A stretch of DNA of 64,000 bases, taken from positions 6,200,001 to 6,264,000 of the forward strand of contig NC_092673.1 in NCBI RefSeq assembly GCF_964355755.1, in the 5' to 3' direction. This document shows positions 45,501 to 57,990 of this stretch, piece after piece. The number at the start of each line of letters is the position of its first letter. Positions within the stretch are counted from its first letter, which is position 1. The translations under genes and the position numbers were made by a program. The notes under the pieces were generated by a model, which was not told the origin of the DNA, ran no database searches, and worked only from the letters and a program-made list of their open reading frames with translations. Origin of the DNA: Antedon mediterranea (lineage: Eukaryota > Animalia > Echinodermata).

Positions 45501-48500
45501 GTGAATGATGAAAGGTTATATCAACGAGGCAAAGCCGAGTTGATATAACCTTTCATCATTCACCAAGTGCCATTATTTGTACCATTACACGAATACAAAA
45601 CATTCATTATTTGTTTTATATAACATCTAAATAACAAACAGAAATGTTTCAAAAAGTACTATTTAACGATCGTTGAATAGTGCGTACTATTGCACGCCAT
45701 GTGACCCACATTCGTCCAATCAAATGACAGGAATTTATATAGGTGTTATATAACAAACATTATGTAACAAAGAAAATGTGATGTGCCCATATACATGTAT
45801 GGACATGATGATCATATCGCTACCATAATTAGGCACATCGCACTTATTTTGTCAAAAAAGTTTGATACTGATAGTGTAGACATCAAGCTTAAAGTTTGTG
45901 CTGTTGCATTGGTCTGAGTAGGCCTTAATATCAAACAAATACTACATAATATTATTCACCTTAAACACAAGAATCAAATCCATATTAAAAATCATGTTCA
46001 ACATTTACATATCTAGGGTAAACCAATCACCTTTAAATTAATACTTTCCTTTGGTAAGTTTTACCGTCATGCACTCTTTATGTCGGGATTAAGTCTACGG
46101 TAAAAGCAATGATGTTAGATTAAAAAATATAAAGTACGTTCACACAAATTCCCAGGTAAGCATAAAGGTCATGACATAAATGTCAATACGCTTTTAAATC
46201 GTCAACAGGTTGATGTCTTGAACGATGCCTTTTAGAGAAATCCTGAAGTAAAAGCTGTAGATCAAGCTATTAAGTCCAAATTTCCTGTTATTACTTTGCT
46301 TGATAGTACTATACAATATTAAAGAAGATGTTTGTTTTGTCTAAAACATTTTCTGGTTGGAAAAATAGTGTAGATTATTAGGTCTGACGTACAATGATGC
46401 TAGCTCCTGCTAAAATGTTGAACTTGAGGGTGTCTAACTGAATGAAAGTCAATATATAAAAACAGAATATCACTGGTTACTGAACAATTGTTCGACTATA
46501 ACTTCTCTTCTTTCATTCTAAGCCTAAGAATGTTCTTTGAAGATTGTATTTAACAACTCTTACTCCGCCACAAATCTTCCAAAGTAACCTTTTGTATGAA
46601 TCCTGGATATGAGCACCTTCTTCCTTCTTATACCCAATTGGTACTATAAAGGGCACAGAATTGGTCTTGGCTTTAACTATGAATTCTTCCTCCTAGCTTA
46701 TTCCTGGACACAAACACTTACCTTCAAATACTATGGACCCTTAATCTGACTTACTGTAGAACCACTTTAAATTTCTTACAAGTTGTACACTATTCAGACT
46801 TTCAGCTTTTACAAAATGACAAACATTATGAAGAAAGTCAAATGAAGAACCACTGTACTAAATACAACAGAAACAATTAACGTCTTACCATTTTATCGCC
46901 CTGCTTTGTACGCCTCATGTTTGGTCGATAATCATCTCCATACCGTAGAAAGTAGAAGTATGAAACAAGTCGTTCAAGAGGCTGTCGTATGAGGTTGATG
47001 TATATTGGTTGTTGAATGCTTCCAAACCTAAACAGATGAAAGAATAATCTTGTTAATGTTAGACATTACTGCAGTGCCTTCACACATAAACCAACCTTGG
47101 TGTTGGTAGTTTGTCGATTTACCTACAGTAAATAAAGAGCTTCCAATTAAAGACCACTTTAATTAACACAAGAATTTAATTAAGAGGCTGAGCAGTTATG
47201 ATAGGGGTGCTGAAAAATGGCAGCCATAATACCGGCACAGGATCAAGGCACCCATAGTTCTAGTGGTAAGAACAAGTTTTCTAGGAAGGACTTAAAAATT
47301 GACATCCAGTTTACACGTGAAATTAGAACCCAGTTTATCGTTCGGCAGGAGTGGGAAGTTACCACAGTGTATATGAAGTGGTTCATCTTTAAGCCCTTGA
47401 AGTTTTTCACTGAGTTTAGTTCAATCAATGACAATCACATGAGTATGTCCCAGTAAGACGAAAAGTGATGATCATACTACTTCTATTTACTACTAACTAC
47501 AACTTATTTTTTTTCATATTAAGTACAGCATGTCGTTGTTCATCTTTTTTACACATTACACAAACATCTGTGACCATGAATATTTTAGAGAATAACAATA
47601 TATCAATCAATCAAAAATGGACCAATTGTATGTCATAAATATTACATTTGGCATCAAGGATTCTATTTCCTTGTGTTTTCAAGAGTAAGTACTGTATGCC
47701 CATGTTTTGGCAAACATTTCTGAAAAAAAATGTATGATGTGAATATACATTTGTGATAATACTATCAATCAAAATTGAACATATTGTACTTCATAAATAT
47801 AACATTACAGTATGTTTCATAGGGACAAAAACCAAAGATTTCATATGGTATGAATGATTTATGACAACATTAAAAATAATTGTCATCTAAACTTACTATA
47901 TATATGATGGGGTAAAACAAAACATGTATGATTGATAGGCCTATATGATTGAAAAAATAGATATTAAATTTTAGTTGTACCAGTAATTGTAATATATCTT
48001 CTGCAGCTGAAAGATTTAATGCATATAGTTTCTACTAAAAATGTAAATGCTAAAAAACTTTAAACAAGTTTTAATAATAAAAAAAAGAATTACAAAGGAT
48101 TTGGTAAAATTCATGGTAAGTCAGGTTTGGACAACATTGATTTTTCTTTAATTCAAATATCAGAAACACAATGCCTGATTTGATACAGGCAAACTATAAG
48201 AATACAAAAAATGAGACATTTGAAGAGGACAAGCAAGGCAGGCAAAATATAAATACATTTTCAGAATATTTGCCAAATGGTGGAAAACATGTTAAACCTT
48301 TAGAAAAATAATAGTTGCAAGCTGGATCAGGTACAATGGTTAGAGTTTTTGTATTTTTGCAACTAAGGGCGCGTTTATACAACACGCTATTACACGCATA
48401 TTCTACACGCCTACGAAAAGTGTGTTGTATAACAACAAAGAGATTCCGTGTAATGAGATTTTAATTGCAAAAAAGGCTACTTGGCTGAATCCTAAAATTT

Positions 48501-51500
48501 GGTGGATTCCCGGTCGCCGTTACCGTGTTGGAAGTGTCCTCAGGGTATATTTTGACCTCTCGTTAAAACAGGTCGTAATATCAATCATGTCATGCGACAT
48601 TGCTAACAAGATTGGGCCCATTTATTGCTGCTTTGCTGCCAGCAATCATCCTCCTACCATGTCTTACGCCTAGCCTAGTGGGGCCAACTCGTAGTGGTAG
48701 TAGGCATCTATCGTTTCCCACTCCAAACAGAATAAAAAAAATAACATCGGAAAAATGGCATCTTCTTCCATAGTGTATAGATGAAACAATGAAACCCTTA
48801 AAATAACTTTTATTAATTTAAATGAACCGAGAACAAAATAAACAACAATGCAAACGTGAACGAATACAATATAATGAAAATGGTAAAAACCACGCGAATC
48901 GACAGCGAGGAGGCGACGATGATTGTTGACAACTCAGCCAATTCAAGCGCGATCAACAATTTGACCTTTTATCCTAGCATGCACTGCGTGTTGATGAAAC
49001 TTCCGGTATAACACGGTATCGTGATTTCTAGTATAACAGCAAACGTTAAGGTGGGTTGACCTCGGTCCGAACAACACGCTAAAAATTAAAGCCGTGTTCA
49101 AATTTAGGGTGTTGTATAAACACGACCCTAGACAAGTAGCTGGATGTTGATGCAAATCAGGGTTGACTGCAATAAATATCAAGTCAGTGTGTTATGTCCT
49201 TAATTATATACACCTAAACACATTACTCAATATTGTTGTAAAGGTAAAGGCCCAGAGGCTTTATGACTAAACACAACCAGTGATAGAAACCTGAGACAAG
49301 TCGGTGAAGAATGATGCATACTGTATTTAGACATTACAGAAATCAACTCTTATAACTTGTAAAGACTTCACATTTGATTATTTCAACCATAATGGAGCCT
49401 TAATATCGAGAGTCAGAATTAACGCCTACATTAACATGTTGCTGAAATGCTACGTAAACCTCGAGGCTAACTTTCACCGATACCCAACCTGTATTTTGTT
49501 GCCTGTCGCTTTGATGACTCATAATGCGAGGACAGCTTAGCTTAAATGTACATTAGGTTTGAGGCATAACTCACTTTATTAAAAGTAAGGAGGGTGTACA
49601 ATAGAATGTCAGTTTGTAAAGACCAAACTGACACTGGAGTTAGTGGCCTAAGGTAGAAAATGATTCTTTGGATCCAGATATGACTTCAGTCACTTCTCTT
49701 TTTGTCTTAGCTGGGTGGATCACTAAAGCATGGTATAATCACCGTGCTGCTCCCTTGAATTGGCAGTATTATTTTATAAACCAACACATTGAATTAGTAC
49801 AGGTTTTTAAAAAGTGATTTCTTTTGAAGTATAATCAATATTTTGTCAACTATGTTTTCTGTGCTTATTTTTAATAACCAAATAATCACATATATTAGCT
49901 TTTGAAAGTGATGAATTCCACTTTTGGATTTGAACCAGAACTCTAAAAACGTTACACACAAAAATGTTTTACCATGTCAAACATTAATATTAAATACTAT
50001 ACCTTCTCGATTAAACGCTTGTACTAGTTTCATGTGTTATTATTTTACTCAGTTGGGAATACCAACACATTCCGAAGCGCAGTAAAACGGACTAATTAAT
50101 CCAAATTACACAATTTAACAGCATTTAATAGAGCAGAAATCTCAAAGGATAATCATAATTTAAATATCAAATAGATCTAAAATACTTTTGTTTTACTTAG
50201 CCTCTTAGAAAAAGGTCAGCGTAAGGTAGCCACAAATTGCAACCAATTTTGAGCCTTGAGGAGAAGTGTGCAGGGAGATTCAAATCATGCTTCTATCTAG
50301 GGTAAGTAGGAAACAACGTTAAAGGGATCAAACAGCTGAGAAGTAGGTCTTGGATACAATATGGTATTAAAGGAAAAGATACATGGCTTTCAAGATTTCA
50401 AAAAATACAAAAAAATACTACAGTAGGTTATGTTAAGCCCTCTTATTTCAAAATCATGGATCCTCCACATATGATCCACAGATAATATAGGAGGAAAAAA
50501 AAAATCAGAAAAACTTAATTGGGGAGTTTAGTTGTTAGTTTCAGAAAAGATAGAAGGAGTCAAACAGTGGTTTAACGCATGAAAAAGCCCTGGTTAGCAC
50601 TCCGAAGGGGCCCTTAATCGTTGGATAGTAGCATGGGGACTGCTTATGCACGGAGACTGCTGATGCACATGGCCTTTGGGTTTAGCCAGTGAGCACTCAT
50701 AGCCGTTTTGCCACTGAAGTTTTAACTTGGTTGATTGGGAGTGGTGGCATAGCATGATAGTTAACAGCTAGAGAGAAGAAAGGTAGACTGCAATCAGTCT
50801 GTCTGATTCCCATCCAATGTAAGAGCTACTATTAACAGTCAGTTGATTTCACTACAACAATTTTCAGCTTTTCCACCTTGCAACTGTTTTTTTAACATAG
50901 GGCACCTGATGTAAATTGTATTGCGATGTCGTCATATTTAAAGCTTAAGTTCTAAGCTTAGACATTGTACTATTGTTTTTAAAAAGAGGTTTAGACTGTA
51001 AGATTGATATTATCCCTTGAGATTTTTCAACCATTTCCATCAAAAAAACAATAAAGTTTAAAAGTGTAAAATTTTTACCAGACAACAGGGATAAATTTAC
51101 ATGTTTATAGTTTAATGTTTGCCAATGTCTGGTAGTGGTACAAAACTAAATTTCATGTACATTGATACCAGCAATAATGAAGATCATTTTTAACAGCTAA
51201 AGATGAAAAAATGCAAAAGACAGACATTCAAAGTACTATTAACAAATTAAAACACCATAATTATGACAAATCATCGACACACCATAAAATGACCTCTTTC
51301 CGAGTTTTCCACATTGTACAACTATCAAAACACAATGTAGTGGCCTTTTTGTTGACGTGCCAAGCCAACTCTCATTTTGAAAACGCATTTTGTGCACACT
51401 AAAAACACAGAGTCAAATTAAAAAACTGGGTTTTTTCTGTTAAATACGGAAAGTTTGTATCATTTGAAATTAATTATAGCAAGTCAAAGTTATCAATTTG

Positions 51501-54500
51501 AGACTTACAGTATTTAAAAGCATTAAATAAAGATATTTTCAAATAATACATTTAAGCCGTTAATCAGTAGAAGCAGGCCCAAGTCAGCGTTTTCTGTAAT
51601 TAAATTTCATATTAGTTTGGAAGGAACATAAAATTGTGGTAATGAAATGTACACCAGTACTACATGATATTAATTACAACGTTGATATGAATAAATATCA
51701 TGACATTGTCTGTCAAAATATAGTGCTTCTAATAGTTTCTGAAATCATACATGACATTGTCTGTCAAAATATAGAGCTAATAGTTTCTGAAATTATTCTC
51801 ACAACACCTGCCTTGGCGCCAGATTTCTTTAAAGCATTTTATTCTTTGATTTCACATCTGTTTGACTTTTAAAAACCAAAAGGAATTGGATGTTAAGAGA
51901 GCCACATTAATACAAGAAATGAAAAAAAAAAGTACATTTTCCACTTTTGATGAAATATTTATAGGATTGAAATAATGATTTTTTTTTAATAGCTTGTCTA
52001 AAACAGCATTGTGCTAGCCTATGTGGTCGATTCTGGTCTTCATTATAGATTACATTAGGTTATACAGTACAGCAGAACACTTAATATTAAGACACCTTGG
52101 AGACCAAACAATGTGTCATTGCCCCTTATTCTTTTTATTTGAAAGCAGGCCTATTTGAAAGTGTCCACTTTATAGGGGTTTGCCCTGAATAGTGGTGCCA
52201 CAAAGGAGGGTGTTCTAATGTACACATCAAACAGATGCATCTATTGATATGACGAATTATATTATTTCCCCCCCATTGTTTATGTATGTGTTTCTATAAA
52301 ACTTGCGAAACAGAAAATTGTGTAACATGGCCAACATCGTCATTAGAAGATGTGCAACAAACGTTTATTGTGTAACATGGCCAACATCGTCATTAGAAGA
52401 TGTGCAACAAACGTTTATTGTGTAACATGGCCAACATTGTTATTAGAAGATGTGCAACAAACGTTTATTTTATGAAAATATAGTCGCGTAAAGTAACTAG
52501 ACAGCCATAACATTCTCTTTCTTAAGGTATACAGTAGATGTATTACATTTTTATCAAAATAATTTCAGCGTGAATGAGGCGCAATTCTTTAATATTTAAA
52601 CAACTCTGTGTGGTACAAAGTGTTGAGGTCATTTCAGTTCTTGTCTCGCTCAATATTTGATTAGAAATCTACGACTGGAATGATGACAATTTGTAAATTA
52701 GTCTAACAACCAAAATTGCATACATACTTTGCCAAATTAAAGAAAAATATTTCTATATCAAAAATGAAATTGGTATTTAGAAATATTTCTATCTTATATT
52801 ATTTTTTGCCAACGGCATTTACCTGAATCAAAATCAATAGCAAGGATAATTCCTCGATTTTATAACCATATGATAAATCAGAAAAATATCAACTTCCAAA
52901 ACTTATAAAATCAATGAAATATATACGATACGTTATTATGATGAAGCAATGAGAAAATATGTAGTTCAATTTCGTTTCGGTTAAGACTAGATACATAAAT
53001 AACGTTTATTTTAAATTTTCTATTATAGAATAAGGATTAAAGTTACGATGGTATGTTATCCGACCTTCATTGCAATATAGAATAGTAGAAGTCTCTACAT
53101 TTGATATCAAATGGCAAAGTATAATATTGACTGAAAAGTAATAAGGTTCAATTTTAGAAACTTGTCTAAACACCAACAGTTGATTGCTTGTAAGAATTTT
53201 GATTCACAAAACAGAATGAGACGATGTTTAAGACCTGTCTGGTCTTTATTTGAGATACTCTTGTTCTTCAAATGAGATGTAAAGGTGTTGATAAAATGTA
53301 TATAGGACTACATACAAGGGCATGAACAAATATTCTCAGTTCACGGTTCATCTCCTAAACCGAACATTTTCTGTTATTAGATTACAACCGAATGAGGTAT
53401 TTTGTAATTCTCATAATCTCATAGTCACCAGGTAAACCACTAAGTGTTAAATTATTAATTTCTAGTTGGAAATAAAATGAACTTTATGATTGATTTTATA
53501 ATTAATTTTTTAAATTATTTACTTGAAAATAGTACAGTAGCCTAGGAAAGTTCAAAATCATATTTGATAAATGTAATAAACAGGAGGAAAAGGATGAAAT
53601 CACACGTTTAAAAAAAAGTCAGAATCCAATTTTATATCAATTCTATTGGTTCAGTAGTATACACTTGTGAATGTAGATCTTTTGTAGATTATCAATAACA
53701 TCAAGAGTTCAGAAAATATTACTGAAAACTGGTCCAGTAATTTAAAGACACCTTCCCTACATTTTTTCGGTCTAATTTAAGATCACAAACTATATTTAAT
53801 ATAGAAATAATAATATGGTCCTATTGCGATAACTTTTTTCGTCTTTAAATGTGAAAAATAAGTTGAATCTAATAATTATAGAGGCCCGCTATAAATCCCG
53901 CGTGGATTGATATTTTTGTTTTTCTTCTGTAATTCACCCACTTTTCGATTGATCGTGAGGCCAAAACAAATGGAAGACTCCTAACTTTTCAGCGAAAATA
54001 CCGGTTTTTCCTCAATTTTTATCAATGGAGTCTGGCAAAAATAGGGAGACAATTAATGCAGCAACTATACATTACAACGTCAGGCTAGGTATATAGCTAG
54101 CGTACAATGTTCGTACGTTACCAATGTTTACCAGCTAGGCCAACTAAACTAAGCCTACCTAGGCTAGGCCTAAAGACTGTTCACGAGAGGTCAATCACCG
54201 CGAGCTACTTAGGTAGTGCATTGTTTCTCACTTTTTATCATAATTTACCACAAAACAAACATTTAAGAGAAGGAATGACCTGGTTTAATGTTTTTAAAGT
54301 AATATATATGTACTATTTCGACAAAACGTCGCACATTGTAGGGAAGGTGTCTTTAAGTGCAGATTACTTTAAGTAACCAAAGTTGGTCCAACAAGAAAAA
54401 CCATGTTGCGACTTACGCTTACACAGTTAAACCTATCATGTTTTCTCTGTAAGCTGTACTGTAGTATTGAAGAACTATAATGACGGTAGTACATGGTAGT

Positions 54501-55764
54501 AGTAGGGTGATCTAGGCTATTTTTTGTCTGATTTTCAGGTAAGCTAGATCAAACCCCTAGGCCTACAAATTTACAAAAAATCCTAAAATGTTTAGGCATG
54601 GACTATAGCATCAATCTTTAATATTGATGACTTGTCTGGAAATAGATCTCTTATTTCTAGTCCTGTATTCACACTAATTTACTAATTTTTAGATATGATT
54701 GTAATTCATCATTTATATTAAACTCATTTCTCGAGATGTTAAATTATAAATATTTATGCGTATAAATGGATAGTATCTGGCAATAGCCTCACCTAATTAA
54801 CCTTCCAAGATAACCGTAATTTGATATATAAATATTTTGTGCATCTAGACCAAGTATCAATGAATATTTAACCTAAAGGAGTTATAGATTAGATGTTCCT
54901 GACCTAGCTCTTAATGATATGTTTTCACTTCCCCTATCCCCTTGTTGCATACTAAAGTGAGTGAGGCTATTCATGTTTATGCCGCAACATCCTCTAGAGT
55001 GCAATTGTCCTGTTACTTTTAAAGGGTATTCTATTTCAGTCTTTGTGGGGAAAACTACTATGTTAAATTATAATTAATTTAAATGCAATATTACTAATGG
55101 GATGAATGGGCGCTGTAAATATTATACTTTTAATAGAATAATCTATTTTTTTAATGATATAGTGAATTTGCGTATGTAATTCGTATGGTGCTGACCAGGG
55201 AGGTTCGTATAGTTTTGAAAGAACCCCCCTTTTCCCTAAAGTGCACTTTTCAAATAGAGAACAGCGAAAATGCTAATAAATAGGCCCAACTCATCACAAT
55301 GTTATGGCCAATTTTCCCAGCCAGCAGACAAATTACTTTTATCGACTATAGGTAGGCTGAAATTTAATATTTTCTTCAGTTTCTTAATTCGCACTTGCAA
55401 GCTACAGGCTTAGCTTGCATACCATGAATATTCTATATTACATATTTTTACAAAACTTTTTTTCAGGGACGCTTCAAGAAACCTGGTCCTTTAGTAACTA
55501 TCCGCCTGGAATAGAGGAGCTTTGATGGTATAATGCTCATGCTACTTTTGCGCAAACAATTTTGAATTATCCCATGGCTTTTGGTTTTCGTGAATGGCTG
55601 ACTAGATTTGAGAATGTTCTGCTTCTCTGCTACTAAAAAACATCATACATGCTAATACAAATTTCTACTTTCTATTACCTTGTAAAATCTATGAAACCGA
55701 GGTGACCATGGTAAAAGGCAGGCTTCCGTGCTGTCCAATTTGTTATGTTTACTACAAATCGCAT
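36346..55764 (-). CDS. HS2ST1: Heparan sulfate 2-O-sulfotransferase, last five coding exons (5' exons not found in window)
   Basis: join(complement): 55679-55764, 46889-47027, 41788-41885, 37700-37857, 36346-36581. Splice sites are GT-AG with consistent phases. Motifs are KPAFYHGH, PIYINLIRQPLERLVSYFYFLRYGDDYRP (3'-PAPS-binding motif), TFDECV...PEKLW.QIPFFCGH, WAL.QAKYNL, KRSHLRKT, WKME.EFY and FEKIRP. Confidence 0.95.
37700..37857 (-). CDS. HS2ST1: HS2ST1 internal exon (158 nt)
   Basis: NPGSEWALQQAKYNLVTNYLVVGLTEEMEDFIAVLEA. Confidence 0.95.
38818..39170 (+). mobile_element. tRNA-derived SINE with Deu/Nin-type core
   Basis: A-box TGGCCGAGCGGTTAAG and B-box GGTTCGAGGCC. Core reads GGATAAGGACTATAAACCGTAGGTCC...CTTTAAAGAACCC...CGAAAAGAGTAGGGGGTTACCCCGGTG. 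A-rich tail. Confidence 0.8.
39264..39403. mobile_element. Harbinger-like MITE family member (degenerate)
   Basis: AGCCCTGTCTACAC ... GATAGCGTAGACAGAGC. Confidence 0.65.
41392..41706 (+). mobile_element. tRNA-derived Deu/Nin-type SINE, second subfamily
   Basis: Same head and core as 38818 but a different 3' tail, ending (AATA)n. Confidence 0.8.
41788..41885 (-). CDS. HS2ST1: HS2ST1 internal exon (98 nt)
   Basis: TFDECVSKEMPECLPEKLWMQIPFFCGHFQECW. Confidence 0.95.
42130..42600. repeat. 59-bp minisatellite, ~8 copies
   Basis: CATACGTATCATGATCTTCTTACATAACAAAGTTACTCATGATCAAGTCAAACTGTTCA repeated. Confidence 0.95.
44804..44890 (+). mobile_element. Truncated SINE head (same family)
   Basis: GAGTGAGTGGCCAAGCGGTTAA...CACTCGCTCCATGGT. 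Confidence 0.6.
45448..45753. mobile_element. Long-hairpin non-autonomous element (arms ~70-80 bp, GAGGCAAAGCCGA tip), possibly Crypton-type
   Basis: AATAATGAATG...ATGGTACAAATAATGGCAC..GGTGAATGATGAAAGGTTATATCAAC and its reverse complement, followed by a CCAATCAAA...TTATATAA tail. Confidence 0.6.
45765..45890. mobile_element. Harbinger-like MITE family member (partial, reversed)
   Basis: AAAATGTGATGTGCCCATAT...AAAGTTTGATA...GATAGTGTAGACA. Confidence 0.55.
46889..47027 (-). CDS. HS2ST1: HS2ST1 internal exon (139 nt)
   Basis: FGSIQQPIYINLIRQPLERLVSYFYFLRYGDDYRPNMRRTKQGDKM. Confidence 0.96.
48367..49128. mobile_element. PIF/Harbinger-like MITE
   Basis: TAA|GGGCGCGTTTATACAACAC ... GTGTTGTATAAACACGACCC|TAG. 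Confidence 0.75.
51698..51794. repeat. ~50-bp tandem duplication
   Basis: CATGACATTGTCTGTCAAAATATAG...CTAATAGTTTCTGAAAT x2. Confidence 0.85.
52070..52220. mobile_element. Short degenerate Tc1/pogo-type MITE
   Basis: TA|CAGCAGAACAC...GACACC ... GTGTTCTAATG|TA. Confidence 0.5.
52318..52469. repeat. 50-bp tandem repeat x3
   Basis: TTGTGTAACATGGCCAACATCGTCATTAGAAGATGTGCAACAAACGTTTA. Confidence 0.95.
53746..54352. mobile_element. Kolobok-like MITE (TTAA TSD, 16-bp perfect TIR)
   Basis: TTAA|AGACACCTTCCCTACA ... TGTAGGGAAGGTGTCT|TTAA. Confidence 0.85.
55679..55764 (-). CDS. HS2ST1: HS2ST1 internal exon (86 nt; catalytic YHGH)
   Basis: MRFVVNITNWTARKPAFYHGHLGFIDFTR. Confidence 0.95.
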
Positions 55765-57789
55765 CTGAAAAGAAAATGTACAAAATTCAATAAATAAAAT
55801 TAAATATAGATAACATATTTTGATAAAGAAATAAATATTTAAATAATATATTTAATATTCATTTATTATTAAAGGACACTAGTGCTGGCTCAATGTACAG
55901 AGTGGGAAATGAATTGCTACACAAGTCATATTTGCATATCTGGTTATTATTAGTTTGTTCACTCTCGCATTTTTTTCAAAGCTTTAATAGTTTAGTTTAA
56001 ATTGTATTCAGCATAATATTGCTGGGTAGTTTATACTTTCTGGCTTTGCGTTTGAAAAATACAAGAAAAAATATACATATTCTGTTTAGGCGCTGAATGA
56101 CGTGAAAGTTATACGTTGCTTTAGGCGTAAAGTTGATACTAAAATGATGCCGACATCCACTTAATTTGATAAAAGAAAAAGCAAGGACAATTAATTAAGA
56201 GGTACTTTTATATTTCTTTTTTTTCCCGACTAATGAAAGAGCTTCGGGCAGATAAACTTTTTGAACCCATTTACCTTGAAGATGAAATCAAATTCATGTA
56301 GTATTTTTTATTTAATTCATATGTTCATTAAAAGTCATAATAAACTGTAAAACACACAGAAGTGCCAAGAACTGGAAATAGAGACTGTGATTCAACATTC
56401 CCTTATTGAAATAAATCCATAGCCTAATTTATGTTTATTGAAATACAGCACATTCCACTAGGCTACATACAGGATGAAAGAAAAAAATGAACCACGTCAA
56501 TGTTGGTCAATCCATACATCAGCCAATGATGGCCTAATTATGAGGACGGTTTAAGCACAGATAAGCTAGAAATATTGAAAGCAACCCAAAGTTACACATG
56601 CACTGTTTTTCCATGAGAAAAACAATATTAGAGACTAACAAGAGTGGTAATTAAATTATTAGATGTTTTAAACAACAGCCTTCAATATGAAATTAATGTA
56701 CATTTGTTATCATCCATTTTAGTGGCCTTTAATAAACTGTTACTAAAATAGAACAATTTCAGCTCAACTGGGCTGAACTATATCGTGTGGGTGATGTACA
56801 TAGCAATATTTAAGTTTTCATTTTTGGTATTGTTCTAATGGTTTGAATTGAAGAATGACAAGAATGATAACGAACTTTTTTCTCAGAAAGTAAGGTGGAC
56901 TTGATGTTGCAATATACTATTAACTGCAGCAATATTTACTTTAAGATTTTGACATTTCAATTACCAGCCACGACAGATAAAAAGCAGAAAAAGGTTTAAA
57001 TTATGGAAAAAACATTAGATAATATTGAAATATCCACTTAAAGTATAAATTTATTTAATCCTGCATAAAAAACACAATTTTGTATTATTTTTGACAAGTT
57101 TAATTTACTATGTCGGTATCCCACTAACAAAAATTGACAGAAGAGTCCGCAGTTAAATAATCTTAAGTGATGGTGTGAATCTTCTAATCATAACGACCTG
57201 AAGACATAGTTTAGCGAAAATATGATTGTTGCGAAAACTGGCAGTAATGACTTAAATTTCAAGTTGAGATGCATTACATATTAAATCGCTCACTTAGTTC
57301 CACTTAATATGAAGTACAAGTATTTTCTTCAATTATTCATGGCGACGTAATAGATTGAATTAAAAAAATTTGTGCAGAAGAATTACCAGATCAGAAGGTT
57401 TGGAATCGGTAGCCTTCTTGTGGATAGAGTTTCTACTTTAATGTGTCCAAGCGTGATCACAAACCTAACACTCTGGTCACACCTTGAGAAAATAATGTGG
57501 AAAACCAGGGGCATGATGTTAGGCCTGTAGACAGCTCTAAATTACGGGAGCCACCCAAAATGGGAGTGTTGGCATGTATTATTAGATCTTACTAACTTGT
57601 GTAGATTTTCTTTTGAGACGTGGGAGTTAAATAGCAGAATCATACTCCTTTTACATACATACAGTACATAAATATAATGAAAATATCACCTATCAAATAA
57701 GAAGGAATGTAATGACAGTCAAGAAAATGTTCTATTATTTCTGTTCAAGTTTATATTGTATCAGCTGGATTTGGATATCATGTTCTGGA

Positions 57790-57990
57790 TTGAGTTTAGT
57801 TTAGTTTAGTTATAATGGGAAAGTTTAGGCGAATGCCTTTTTAACCCCATATCAACTACATTGTGTCGATGCGATTCTTGAAGGTGTTAGTGGTCTCAGA
57901 ATTAACAACGTCAGCTGGTAAACTGTTCCAATGGTTTATTACTCGTTGCGAGAAGGTATGTCTTCTACAGTATTGCGAATAACCACTAGT
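57790..57990 (-). mobile_element. CR1-type LINE 3' fragment with (AACTA)n tail
   Basis: Reverse strand reads RRHTFSQRVINHWNSLPADVVNSETTNTFKNRID, then a short UTR; (TTTAG)n at 57794-57810 on the + strand. Confidence 0.85.

Noticed and set aside
50190-50370. LINE ORF2 C-terminal relic (LSLLEKGQRK...LQP...RR)
   Set aside because: It is highly degenerate and cannot be supported without a search.
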